Assembly (NCBI RefSeq): GCF_006345805.1
Contig: NW_021832115.1
Span: 1-33,830 of the forward strand
Direction of reading: 5' to 3'
DNA length: 33,830 nt
Source: Octopus sinensis
Lineage: Eukaryota
The notes under the pieces were generated by a model. The model worked only from the letters and a program-made list of their open reading frames with translations. It had not been told where the DNA came from and ran no database searches. How positions within the stretch are numbered: position 1 is the first letter of the stretch; every line of letters begins with the position of its first letter. Shown piece by piece: positions 9,841 to 22,255 of this stretch. The position numbers were made by a program, and so were the translations under genes.

Positions 9841-12754
9841 CTGCAATTACAAAGAAAAAAGAAAAAAGGAAAAGAAAATTAGTCACCAATAAAAAAACAA
9901 TTAGCATAAGAAATTACAGCACTAATCATCAACAGTAATTAAGCAAATTATCAGGGCCTGAGTTTTTGAGAACCCCACCCACCTCAAACTAGTCTTTATC
10001 ACCATTTCAAGCCAGTTTACCTTGGTGGCATTTGGGCTAGAAGGGCTGACAGAAGCTAGCTGGGCCAGGAGCCAGACCAGACCTCATAGCCTGTTTTGAC
10101 ATGGGTCTCTGCACATGAATGCTTTTTTAAGGGGGACTAAGAAGGGGTGGAGTAGTATTGAGGGCGTGTTGGTTTGTGCCGGTTGAGATTTGAGCTTAAA
10201 TTCTATCCACAAAAATAATTGGCCAAGATCTAAAGCCATCACCACTACTATTATTATTACTATCCATTATTATTATTATTGAGCGAGAGAGCAGTGCATG
10301 CCATCAAAGTGACACTGGGCACACCAGACACATGCATCACAAACCATATGTGTATGACAGTGATCTCGTACCAGAATAAACCATACATGACCTTGCAGGT
10401 GGAGCCCAGTTAGAATTTTCTTCAGGTTGACTACGCCATGCAGCCCAAAATAAAAAAGATCCCTGAATAAGGGTTGTTTAAGGATGCTGAATGAAACACC
10501 CATCTTTCCAGAGATGAATTATCCAAACCCCAAAGAATTCCTCAATAAGGCTCCCACACTACTTCCTGCTTATGATCAGAGATGCACATATCGTCAGCCA
10601 CTAAGGGACATAATCAACTGGTTAAGGTCAAACGACTGACAAGCAAATCTGTGGTATTCAGCAGAATATTTGCTGTAGCCCATCTCTTATACCGTCCCTC
10701 CTTAACACTTTATTATTGTTATCATTAAAAGATGGAGCTGACAGAACTGTCAGCATCTCGGAGAACCTCACCATCAAATATCTGTTTTTAAAAACAATGA
10801 CAGGATAACATCTATCCCAGCTGAAGTGACCAGACGTGCTACCTTCTTAAATTTTGGCAGACCAGCTAAGGTCCATTGCATATCCAATACCAGGCACTCC
10901 TTTCAGACTATTAGACTTGGTCATTTACACTGCTGTGTCATTTGAGACCATGTCCCATTTACATGTACCTCCTGTTCCTATCCCTGTCATACACTACCTC
11001 TTATATAGCCACTCCTACTGTTAAGTAGGGCCCTTGTTATTTCTGCAAGACACCCAGAGGCCTCACTAGAACAGTGTCACATTGAATAAGGAAAGGAAAC
11101 CACAAAAATAAAGCAAGCCAAAACACAGCCAACACACACACACACCAGAGCTGGCACCACCCAGCCCATAACCACCAGTATGGGAGAAAAGACAAACACA
11201 CACACACACACACATAGCAACAGCCATGCATCACCCTCAATTTAATGTCCACTATTCCACCAGGCCAAAGTTTACAAGCAGGTTCTGTGCCAGGATGCCT
11301 TCCCTGTTCCCAATCCTCATGGGCAGACATTCTCACAGAATACGTGGAAATTAACAAAAAAACGATGTTATGACAGTCACACATTTACAATCAATGCAAG
11401 ACCAAAACAGAGACACAGGCTTCTTACAGTCTCCACTTACTAAATCTTATAGTAACCCAGGTACTCAGCTAAGGTCAAGAGTTCAATTCCTGACAGCATC
11501 TGTCCTTGAGGAAGATGCTTCATTTCACATGTGCCAGTAAACTGGCAAAAACGAGTTTGAAAGGGGCCTGCCCTGTCACAACGAATCTCCCTCTGAGCTA
11601 TATTAAGGGTAGGGAGCAGGCTGTTCCATCGATCAGATCTACTGGAGCACTAGTCGCCATAACCAACAGAAAGCCCGGTCACTGAATCTACCCCACACCC
11701 ACAAGGTTTTGGATGACCCTGGACCCCAGCAGGGAAGACACTCACTCAAGAAGGTTTTCTACACAGCAGAAATGAATTTGGTTGCAGAACAAATTCGTTA
11801 ACCACAGAACCGGGAGGGGCGGGCATCACCTTGAAAGGTTTTAAGACAAACTGGAGTAACTGGGGGACTAGAGGTTGTATCTTTAGGAAATGTATTAACT
11901 ACCCTGTCAGTCATTGAGTTACACAGGGACATAAACAAACCAATACTTGTGAAGGGGAGGGAAAAGGCAACACATATACGTTGTGGAAGATAGAGTCCTA
12001 GGAAGACATCAAATATTGAAAACTGATTTCAATGCTCAACCTGGTAAAGGAGAATGACTAAGGGTAGACGACATACATGAAGTTGTTGTAAGCTTGAAGG
12101 CCCAGCAACCACAACAGAACTGATTGGCAGGGCCCTGTCAATCTGCTGCCCCCATGCATAGGACTGGCTGGTGTTAGGAAGGGTAACCAGCTGCAGAAAC
12201 CCATGTCAAAACAAACAGTGGACCTTGTCGCAGACCCTAAGCTTCCCTTGCCAGCTCCCATGAAACTGACTCATCCCCAGCATTAAACAAGGATTAAAAC
12301 ACTCAAAATAATACAACATACAAGACATTATGTGTGTGATGATTACAAAGATTACTACGGCAAACAAAATACTCTACGAGAAGACGTAATCCAAACTTGC
12401 CCAACACTACTCGAAAATCGCAGCCAAATACAAGCAAAGGGCCCATAAACTTAAGATGTCAGACTTCTGAATATCCTAGTGGTCAGTCAATGAATCGAGG
12501 CCATGCTAGAGCATCAACTTCGACCAAGTCCTAGCCAATCCCACTTTGACGATCTCTAGTTGCCAAACAGCAAATAAGTTTAGGAACGTCCAACGTGAAA
12601 CCTGCAGGACCTGGACAGAGCAGAGGAAATCAACAAGGGACGGGACACAAAAATATGCAGTCCTAGGTACACTGTGACAATGAAGAATAGCCGGAATATC
12701 TATTCTTATGAGGGTGGCTGGATCAGACGGTGTTAGGGTTATAAACAACAAAGG

Positions 12755-13023
12755 ACAGGTGCCAGGGGAGTCTGGCATCGGCCACGATCGGCACGTTAAA
12801 AGCACCAACCGATCGTGGCCGATGCCAGACTCCCCTGGCCCCTGTGCCACGTAAAAAGCACCCACTACACTCAAGGAGTGGTTGGCGTTAGGAAGGGCAC
12901 CCAGCTGTAGAAACATTGCCAAATCAGACTGGAGCCTGGTGCAGCTTCCTGGCTTCCCAGACCCCGGTCGAACCGTCCAACCCGTGCTAGCGCGGAAAAT
13001 GGACGTTAAACGATGATGATGAT
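12755..13023 (+). mobile_element. RTEX-like 3' UTR insertion with a 5' foldback inversion
   Basis: Matches the reverse complement of 31446-31680 and ends (GAT)n; preceded by an inverted copy of its own sequence. Confidence 0.85.
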
Positions 13024-13914
13024 AGGACATTGCTGGAATGCATATCAGATCTGGGGACACGCGACAGGTACACAGTGGCATGGTCACTGGACCCCTGGAA
13101 TTAGTTGTAGTCGGAACGCCAGAAGCAAGAACCCTATACACTATAAATAAGGAGAAAAAAAACTGAGGTGGCCACAACCGGAGTATAAGCGCTCCCCAGT
13201 CAGTCCGAGGCGTGCTCATGGGTGGGGTGGAATCAAGGCTGACAGATTGAATAGGGGGCGATAATACGTCAACAGGAACGGATCTGAAGTGGTGAAGCCT
13301 AGCAAGAAACAACGCCAAGTCTTTTATCCCCACTGCTCTCCTCGCCTCCCCATTCACCCAGCATCCGTCTATTGTTCTTAAACAACCCCTTACACTTTAC
13401 GCAGGAAGCAAAAGGGGTCACCAGTTTAGTAGTTTCAATATCTGTTGAACCCAGCCGGGGCCATTCACTTAAAAAAAAAAAAAAGAAAGAAAGCCTACCG
13501 TCCCATTCACACCGCAACGGAAATACAACAATGAGAATAAAGAGAAAGAAAGAGAGAGTGATAAAGGAGGGAACCATGGAGACGATAAGAAGTGATAGTC
13601 AAAGGGTATATAAAGAGTAAAGACTGGTCAGGTCAAAGGCTAAGACAGCAGGGGTCAGAGTTGAAAACTGATATTTGTCGGCAAGCAACAGATGTAAGAG
13701 AGAGAGACTCGTACGCTCACACACGCTACCAATAAGTACAGGCCACACACAAACACAGAGAATTAGGAACACGCACACACAGACAGACCATGAGTCATAC
13801 CAATTTATAACGAGATATACTAAGAAGATACTGAAAAAAATCTAGCATACAATTTGCACCATCACACAGGAGATTGGCAAACACACACACACACATACAA
13901 GAGAAAACAAGATT

Positions 13915-14430
13915 AAACACACACACACAGGAAATTTAACATTTTATATACTTTGTGTGTATTTATATATATATATAAAACAAGATAAAGCATACATATA
14001 TATACACACACACACACACACACATATATACATACACACACACACATATATACATACACACACATATACACATACACAAATACACACACATATACACAAA
14101 TACATACATATATACACACATACACAAATACATACATATATATACACATACACAAATACATACATATATATACACATACACAAATACATACATATATATA
14201 CACATACACAAATACATACATATATATATATATACATACACATATACATACATATATATTATATACACACATACACGGACGCTATAAAACATGCCAATCA
14301 CTAAATACCATCACACGTATACACAGCAGTTATGGTGTAACGTCTGACATATATATAGACCACACACGCCATTCATTATATAAGAGAAACTATATATATA
14401 TATATATATACATATATATACTTATACATA
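13915..14430. repeat. Compound (CA)/(TA)/(CATA) microsatellite
   Basis: Visible low-complexity tandem units; source of the YIH/CVY-rich pseudo-ORFs. Confidence 0.95.
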
Positions 14431-14729
14431 TGCACACAGCTTGTACACGTACGTGGTGACGTTACCAACATTTGACATTAGCACACACATATACACACAT
14501 TACTCTCCTACACGCCCATATGTGTGTGTATGCGTGCTTGTACGCATTATATATAACGAAGATGTCGATTATATACACACATACATAGAATGGTATACAT
14601 ACATACTCATACATGAACTGCCTGTATGTAGGTGTCTGAGTGTTTTTGTACACCATATGTATAGGGAGGTCGGTTAGTAGGACGAAGAGGTATGTGATAT
14701 GAGGGTGGGGAAGGCCACGGGAGGAAGTG

Positions 14730-15570
14730 AAAGAAAAAGGCAAAGAGAGAGAGAGAGATAGTGAGAGATAAGGACAATGAGAAAGAGTATAGAGAAAGAA
14801 GGGGGAAGCGGAGTGAGAGATAGAGATACAGATATGAAAGAGAAGGCAAGAGGGAGGAATGAGAGAACGAAAGAGAGAGGTTAGAAAGATGAGCGGGGGA
14901 AAGAGAGACGGAGAGAGGAAGCCTAGGAAGAGAGAGAGGAATGAAGGGAAAAACTCAATGGAAAGAGAGGAAGGAAAAGCAGCGAGACACGTTGAGAGAG
15001 GAGAGAGACTGTAGGGAGAGAAAGGGTAGAATGAGAATGAGACGAAGAAGAGAGACGATAGAAGATTAGGAGAGAGGTGAAAGGGTGACGAGGTTTATTA
15101 AGGCCATGGAGAACGGGAAAGAAAGAATTAGAGATTTGAGGAGAGACAAGACAATGAGAGCAAGATTTAGAAGAGACGAGGAGGAAGAAGGGAACAAAGA
15201 AAGGGAGAGGGGGTGGATAACGAAATGAGAGAGAGAGAGAGAAGATATGAAGGGGTGACAAAGAGATAAGAGAGACGTGAGGGGTGAACAAAAGATATAG
15301 AGTGAAAAAGAGAGGTTAAGATACAGAGAGAGAGAGAGAGAGAGATAAGATAAAGTATTCAGAGAGACCGGGGGGATGGGGTAAGTGAGATAAGGGAAGG
15401 AAATACGAGAGGGAGACGTTGAAGAAGAGAAAGGAGACGGCGAAAGAGAGAAGGTAAGAATGTCGGCGACAACAAAGAGAAAATGCTGAACTCTGATTGG
15501 CTGATAATTTCCCGCCACAGGAGCTAGGCTAGAAGAGGCGGGAGATAGTGAGAGAGACAGAGAGAAAGCC
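14730..15570. repeat. GA-rich polypurine low-complexity tract
   Basis: Almost only G and A on the plus strand. Confidence 0.9.
15490..15545. promoter_or_regulatory. CCAAT box plus E2F-type sites (promoter-like module inside the locus)
   Basis: CTGATTGGCT (ATTGG 15496-15500), TTTCCCGC (15508-15515) and GGCGGGAG (15537-15544) within 50 bp. Confidence 0.5.
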
Positions 15571-16815
15571 ATATACAAATAGACTTACACACCTATTTAC
15601 ATAACTATACAATACACACATATATACACACACACACCTATCTAAACATATAAAGTAATACACGTTATACAGCGCAACACGTTTATACACTTAAACACGC
15701 GCAAGCCCCCATATATAGAGGCTCTATACATCGTCACACACACACATCCGCACAGAAGATATCTAACGCACTTTTTCTACACTGATTGGTAGAATTGAAC
15801 ACGCACGCACTCGCATCCATGTAATTTTAATGACTGCCAGTTCACATGTACCTAAAACACTGGCGGACAATGTGCTACATTCGTAATTGTAGGTACAAGG
15901 CACACGCTAAAGTGCATGCGTATATATTTATACACACACATACACAAAACAAATGCGTAGTAGAGTTAAGAAAACGATACACGCCCACAAACACACATAG
16001 ACGAAGCCCTTGTGTGGTTGCTTCGAATGTAAGAAATAACAGCCGAAGTCCTAAGTGCGTCTAATTTACACCAAACCGTTCTGAAACAGAACAAGGCTCG
16101 CTCTTTGCACGAAACTTGCAAACTTAACCATTCATATAATAAAATACACGTGTATAGATATATAAGACCAAAAAGGGTACGGGCGCCGCTATATATATGT
16201 ATATGTAAATAAAATACAAACTGGGACAAGAACGCAAAACACGGACGGGACATTCGAAGCCTTCGATCTTCAGTCAAGAGCCGGATCATCCTCGCAATTT
16301 CAGCTGATTAATCTTGAGATTGCTCCGATCTGGCCAGCCCCAAAGGAAAATCTAGATACATATGTATATACACACGCACAAATGCGTGTAAGCGAGTACT
16401 TCTTAGGGGGTGTCCATAAATAAGCATGTCTTTCCAAAACAGCCATGCGATGAGGGGATATTTGGCTGTTATTTCTAGCTGGTTGAGTGACCAGACCAAA
16501 CCAATACGCCCACCACGCTTTTACACGTTCTGTCGATAAGGGAAAGACAATTATGTACACGCATTTACACCCGTATTAAATAACACCCACCCCAACACTA
16601 CAGGATAAGCAAGTATATACCCATATATGTACCTAGGCACTATTAGAATACCCCTGTCTACGCTTCACTCACAAGTACGCAGCCACTAATGGCGTACATA
16701 AACAGAAATTGCGTAGCAAGCAATTCGCACGCATATACACAGTAATAAGATTGTGTGTGTATAGTGACATTTAGCTGACTACAGAAGATATACTACATAC
16801 ACACGAGCACGCTGT

Positions 16816-17286
16816 GTGTGCGGTCGACATACCATAAATACGCAGTTGCGAAACGGTATGTATGTATGTATGCATGCGCGTGTGAATATACATATATACA
16901 CATACACACACTTATCTTTACCTACTTACGTCGTCAAGCACAGAATATCCACAGTTGATTGTCGTCTGCTGTACTTTCTTGCCCCCGAACTGAGCCCAAA
17001 GCATCGCGAACAGCCCAGCCTAAGGGAAAACAAGCATACAACGCCTGGTTTTGATTATAATAACCGTGTCTATTCACCTAACCCAATGCCCGGGTTCTAT
17101 ATATGTGGTCCGTTCCACATGCCAACACACGAATGCAGCAACATCCGTCTTCTGTGCTGGCATGGATCGGACGGTTATAACAGGATCGATCCAACGAACT
17201 ATTGCGGAACAGCAGCATCAAACCCCGACATCTGCTCTGACACGACTATTATGGTTGGATACCCACCTCAGTGCAATCGATTTTGA
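16816..17286 (+). CDS. Hypothetical ORF with a six-cysteine C-terminal domain, antisense to the Myc-like gene
   Basis: About 118 non-repetitive open codons from 16930; six Cys in the last 60 aa; plus-strand AATAAA at 17529-17534. No signal peptide or recognised family. Confidence 0.3.
   Translation: MCGRHTINTQLRNGMYVCMHARVNIHIYTYTHLSLPTYVVKHRISTVDCRLLYFLAPELSPKHREQPSLRENKHTTPGFDYNNRVYSPNPMPGFYICGPFHMPTHECSNIRLLCWHGSDGYNRIDPTNYCGTAASNPDICSDTTIMVGYPPQCNRF
16930..17019 (-). CDS. Candidate 90-nt cassette exon; read in phase 1 after exon 2 it gives SWAVRDALGSVRGQESTADDNQLWIFCA*
   Basis: Acceptor TTGTTTTCCCTTAG|G at 17020 and donor |GTAAGT at 16929-16924; phase-1 TGA at 16936-16934. Confidence 0.45.
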
Positions 17287-17379
17287 AATGTACTGGGTGC
17301 TGTTTATTTGCTTTGGCACCGGCACCAGTGAGGTTGCCAAGTAACTGGCAAGACAAAACAAATGAGGATATTTGCAAGT

Positions 17380-17413
17380 GTTTAACGTTTCGGACTGTAG
17401 TCCCTCATCAAAC
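17380..17413 (-). ncRNA. Minimal hammerhead-ribozyme-like motif (Penelope type), damaged core
   Basis: Minus strand GTT-TGATGA-G-GGAC-TACA-GTCC-GAAAC-GT-T-AAAC: stem II, GAAA and palindromic ACGT stem III intact; C3 and part of stem I missing. Confidence 0.6.
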
Positions 17414-17807
17414 GAATGATTAAAAGTAACTAGACAAGAAGTAGAAATGTCAAGATGCTTTTAAAATTCGTGAAGAGAATCTGCATTTTAGGTCTTTCCC
17501 TGACTATAAGGATCAGAAGCATGCATTAAATAAACCGCCAACGTACTTAGTGACGTAGGAAGCGAAAGAAACAAGCTTTGAGGTAATGAGGGCAAAAAAC
17601 AGGGTCATATCTATGAAATTACTTAAACAAAGGAGACAGCTTCATGACTTCAGCTGAGCAAGTAATGATAAGACAAACCCCGTTTCTACTTAGACAGAAG
17701 CATCCAACACACTCGAGTATCCTCTCCCAACACAACGAGGCAATCGTACCACAAGTAGTTTCCCAAACATTTTCCTCACATACAAAAAATACTCTTAAAA
17801 AGATGCT

Positions 17808-18382
17808 CTACTTACTTCCATGCAAGTCGTGCCATTCTGATGACAATTCCCGTAACTTAGACTTCAGGAAATCGTTCTCCTTCTTCACCACTTCCATGCG
17901 AGCCTTCATCTCCTTCTCCTCCCGAAGAGCTCGTTCTATACACAGAAGAGCCTCGTCCACTATCCTTTTCTGAGATGCCTTCGGGTCATCCTTCACAGCA
18001 TCGATAACAACTCGGAGCTCGCTCAAAAGCTCACTCATCTGAGCCCTACGCCGCCTTTCCAACTCATTGTGGACAGCCTTTTCGCTGTGAGACATACACT
18101 TGCGCCTCTTAGTCTTTTCACTGAGAAGTCTCTCGTCTGCGGAGCGAGAATTCTTCGTACCCGAACTACCAAACGTGGTCGCAGCCACCGCCACACTGCT
18201 GGTGTTGTCGGATGAAGGCGATGGCGATGAAGATATCAATGAAAATGACGACGATGACGATGATAAAGATTGTGGAGATGGTGGTGTTATCGGCGGTGTT
18301 AGTGGTGAATTCGAGGTGGACACCTCAACAAGGATAGCTGGAGTAACTTTCGTAGCTCGGCGTAAAATCCCTGTTTGACGAG
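17808..18382 (-). CDS. Myc-like bHLH-ZIP transcription factor, coding exon 2
   Basis: Acceptor TTACCTCTTCTATTGCAG at 18383, phase 1. Basic region HNELERRRR keeps the His/Glu/Arg E-box contacts; loop KASQKRIV; zipper EEKEM..LKSKLREL is colinear with the Myc zipper (my alignment from memory). Confidence 0.92.
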
Positions 18383-18723
18383 CTGCAATAGAAGAGGTAA
18401 TACAAAAACGTTATTGCATATTAATACAAAGGACATTGCATGTAAAAACACTCTATCAGGGATCGGAATTTGGGAAAACCAGTCACCCCAAGTCCCGCAA
18501 ACACCATCGGAAACACAAAAAAGAAAAAAAACGTGCAAGAAAGTAAGTTCTGCTTCCGGAAGAAGGCGGAGAAGAAGAGATTTAAAATGTTGATAATCAC
18601 GATATCGTTTTCCGTTATTTCATTTTTTAAAAAACCTGGTGGATTGGGGTGAGGGTGGGGTTGCATTTTCTCACGACCAAGGAACAGCTATTGAAAAAAT
18701 ACCGCCTGTTACGTCGCTTGCAT

Positions 18724-19022
18724 CTTCTGCTTGTTTCAGTTAGACTGCGGCCAAACTGGAACACCGGCATCAACCGAATTTGCCCCACTACTTAGAATCA
18801 TCCCAGCAGTCACTTTTGCAGAACTGCGACATTACGGGGACGTCAACATATCAACACCACACTTGTCAAGTGGTGTTGGTGGAATATAGACATATACGAT
18901 GGGCTTCTTTCAGTTTCCCTCCACCAAATCTACTGGTCCAGAGCTTAGTAGAAAATTTGGGGAAGTTGCCATGCAGAGGGACTGAACCCGGAACCATGTG
19001 GTTGGGAAGCAAACTTCTCACG
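18724..19022 (-). mobile_element. Degenerate SINE family 1 in intron 1
   Basis: CTTGTTTCAGTTAGACTGCGGCC..GGGCTTCTTTCAGTTTCC..GGGACTGAACCCGGAACCATGTGG. Confidence 0.8.
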
Positions 19023-19809
19023 CTTTTGCCTATACACACATACACACACGAACCGGCTTCTAATGGAACTCGTTCCAACTCTTAATATTGTTAGAACAGA
19101 GAAAGCCCCATAGACATAAAATCCTTCAACTCTTTACATGGGACCTACCATCATCCATAAAGTACTATATCATACACATATACATTAAACTGTCCGTATA
19201 ACCGAGACATTACACTGGCTTCATAATTGGGTACCCCAGAACGGTTTTCCCTATTACATTCAGGAAAACGCATTCACCTGTGTTTAATGAAACTCTGCAA
19301 AGATACGTCTGAGGTAGAGTACGATTAATACGAGCAGTAATTCATTTTACTGAAGCACACCTCAAGGCAATGCTGTAGCTTGGGCCGTAGCGCACAATTT
19401 CGTTGAAAGAAAATTTGGATTTCTTCACGAAATTTTGAGGGTGGCGGGGCACGAAACTGTAGCCATGCCATCTACAGCTATACCGATTAATAGTCATGCA
19501 TTATATAAGACAAGCATCGATCACTTATCGATTTTTACCCTAAACATGGGCGAACTAACTGGGACCAAGAGATCTCCAAGCAAAAAAAGGCGTGTGCGGC
19601 GATGGAGGGACACAGCCAACACGTCTAGAAGGTACTACATACAGACTATTAAGAAATTTATTATATATACACACACACAGATACATACATACATATATCA
19701 TAAAACTAGTGTAAGACGAGGTGATCTATGTGAACTACCGAATACTGCGCAATTGAGTCAAGTGACCACCACTACTGCTACTACTACGTTTATTAATGTT
19801 TAAAACAGT

Positions 19810-20710
19810 AAGACCGGCTGCGTATACATGTGGATAAGGAACCGGCTGTGCATAGCCGACTGCAGTGTGTGTGTGTATAGCTGATTGTATGTGTATGGGT
19901 ATTTAGCCGGCATCGTGTAAGTCGATATGTAGCCGGCTGCGTAGCTGTGTGTGTGTGTGTTATGTGTGGATATTTGGCCGGCTGTACGTATGTGGGTGTA
20001 TGTTGCTGGTTGTGTATGTACGTGTGGATATTTAGCCGGCAAGTGTGTATGAGAGATACGTAGCCGACTGTGTATATGTAAATGTAGCTGTGTGTGAATG
20101 TGTGTGGATATGTTATGTATGGATATTTGGCCGGCTGTGGGAATACGTTGCTAGCTGCACAGATGTGCGAATACGTTGCCGGTTGTATATATGTGTGGAA
20201 ATTTAGCCGGCTGTGTAGTATGTACGTGTGTATACGTTGCTGACTGCGTATATATGTGGATATTTAACCGACAGTGTGTATGTATGTGTGGATATTTAGC
20301 CGGCAGTGTGTATGTATGTGTGGATATTTAGCCGGCTGTGTGTATACGTTGCTGACTGCGTATATGTGTGGATATGTAGCCGGCAGTGTGTATGTAGCTA
20401 TGTAGCCGGCTGTGTGAATACGTTGCTATCTCTGCATACGTGCGAATATGTTGCCGGTTGTACATACGTGTGGATATTTAGCCGGCAATGTGTATGCGTG
20501 GCGTGTATGTATATATGTGTGTGTGTATATATAATCTTTATTCGTCTATATAACCAGCTGTGGTAGAATAGTATTTGTTAAACCGGCTGCGTCATATGTT
20601 GAGCTGGCGTGGAGCCGGATGTGGTACGTGTGTGTGTAGATGCGGGTGTATATGAACAGCCTTACCAGCCAGGCTCAATGACCGGCTTACATGTGTGAAT
20701 GCACCGGATT
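19810..20710. repeat. Degenerate minisatellite built on GTGGATATTTAGCCGGCWGTGT
   Basis: About 20 GCCGGC/ACCGGC/GCCGAC cores spaced by TG/TA-rich linkers. Confidence 0.85.
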
Positions 20711-20734
20711 AGACGTGTGTGTGTGTGTGTGTGT

Positions 20735-22255
20735 GAGGCCATACAAGTCTTCCTCTTGGTTCAGGCATTGGACTGCGGCGGCCACGCTGGAGCACCACTA
20801 AAGAACTTTAATGCAACGAATCGACCCCTAATACCTTTATTTTTTTTAGAAAAAAAAGCCTGGCATTTATTTTATCAGTTCACGTATGTGGAACTGCTGA
20901 ACTGCTAAGTTACGGGAACAAACCAAGACCGGTTGTCGAGCAATGGCGAGGGACGAACAGACATGTGTATGAGTGTGTGTGTGTATAAATATGTGTTATA
21001 TATACATACATATATATATATGACTATATTAACACACGCACATATTTCGGTGTATGGGAGTATATTTGGACAGCCTTGAATGTGTATGCATGCATGTACG
21101 TGTGTGTGTATATATATATATACACACATACATACACATTCATAAATGTAAAGCCGCCTAAGCCAGTGTGTATACATATATTCACATGTGTCTGTATGTA
21201 TGTATGTTTCCTATTTGCCAGTAAATTTTGAAGGAAAGGTGGGACCCCCGAAAATGACGAAAGGCAAAGTTGACCCCGACGTTGTTTGAACTAAGAACGT
21301 CAAACGGCCGGAAGAAATGCCGCGAAGCATTTTTATCCGGCAAATCAACGATTTTCCAGCCGCCGCCTTAGAGTACACATCCGTACATTGTGTGTGCGTG
21401 CGTGTGTGTGTATATATATTATATATATTTACACAATTGTCTTCACTTAGCTAATATTGTGTGTATGTATGTATGTGTGTGTGTGTGTGTGTGTGTGTGA
21501 GGCCATACAAGTCTTCCTCTTGGTTCAGGCATTGGACTGCGGCGGCCACGCTGGAGCACCACTAAAGAACTTTAATGCAACGAATCGACCCCTAATACCT
21601 TTATTTTTTTTAGAAAAAAAGCCTGGCATTTATTTTATCAGTTCACGTATGTGGAACTGCTGAACTGCTAAGTTACGGGAACAAACCAAGATCGGTTGTC
21701 GAGCAATGGCGAGGGACGAACAGACATGTGTATGAGTGTGTGTGTGTATAAATATGTGTTATATATACATACATATATATATATATGACTATATTAACAC
21801 ACGCACATATTTCGGTGTATGGGAGTATATTTGGACAGCCTTGAATGTGTATGCATGCATGTACGTGTGTGTGTGTATATATATATACACACATACATAC
21901 ACATTCATAAATGTAAAGCCGCCTAAGCCAGTGTGTATACATATATTCACATGTGTCTGTATGTATGTATGTTTCCTATTTGCCAGTAAATTTTGAAGGA
22001 AAGGTGGGACCCCCGAAAATGACGAAAGGCAAAGTTGACCCCGACGTTGTTTGAACTAAGACGTCAAACGGCCGGAAGAAATGCCGCGAAGCATTTTTAT
22101 CCGGCAAATCAACGATTTTCCAGCCGCCGCCTTAGAGTATACATCCGTACATTGTGTGTGCGTGCGTGTGTGTGTATATATATTATATATATTTACACAA
22201 TTGTCTTCACTTAGCTAATATTGTGTGTATGTATGTATGTGTGTGTGTGTGTGTG
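20735..22255. repeat. Near-identical 764-bp tandem duplication (units start 20735 and 21499)
   Basis: GAGGCCATACAAG at 20735 and 21499; TTAGCTAATATT at 21447 and 22211; only a few substitutions and small indels; each unit holds a family 1 and a family 2 SINE remnant. Confidence 0.95.

Noticed and set aside
10021-10108. Apparent exon ending AAG|GTAAAC
   Set aside because: Stops in all three frames; sequence resembles a decayed RTEX tail.
12506-13357. 283-aa minus-strand ORF
   Set aside because: Runs through an antisense retroposon tail and its inversion; no domain or convincing splice signals.
13630-13642. DR1-like nuclear receptor site AGGTCAAAGGCTA
   Set aside because: Single imperfect motif without supporting context.
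19810-20710. CRISPR-like repeat/spacer appearance
   Set aside because: Eukaryotic context, degenerate repeats, low-complexity spacers, no cas genes.
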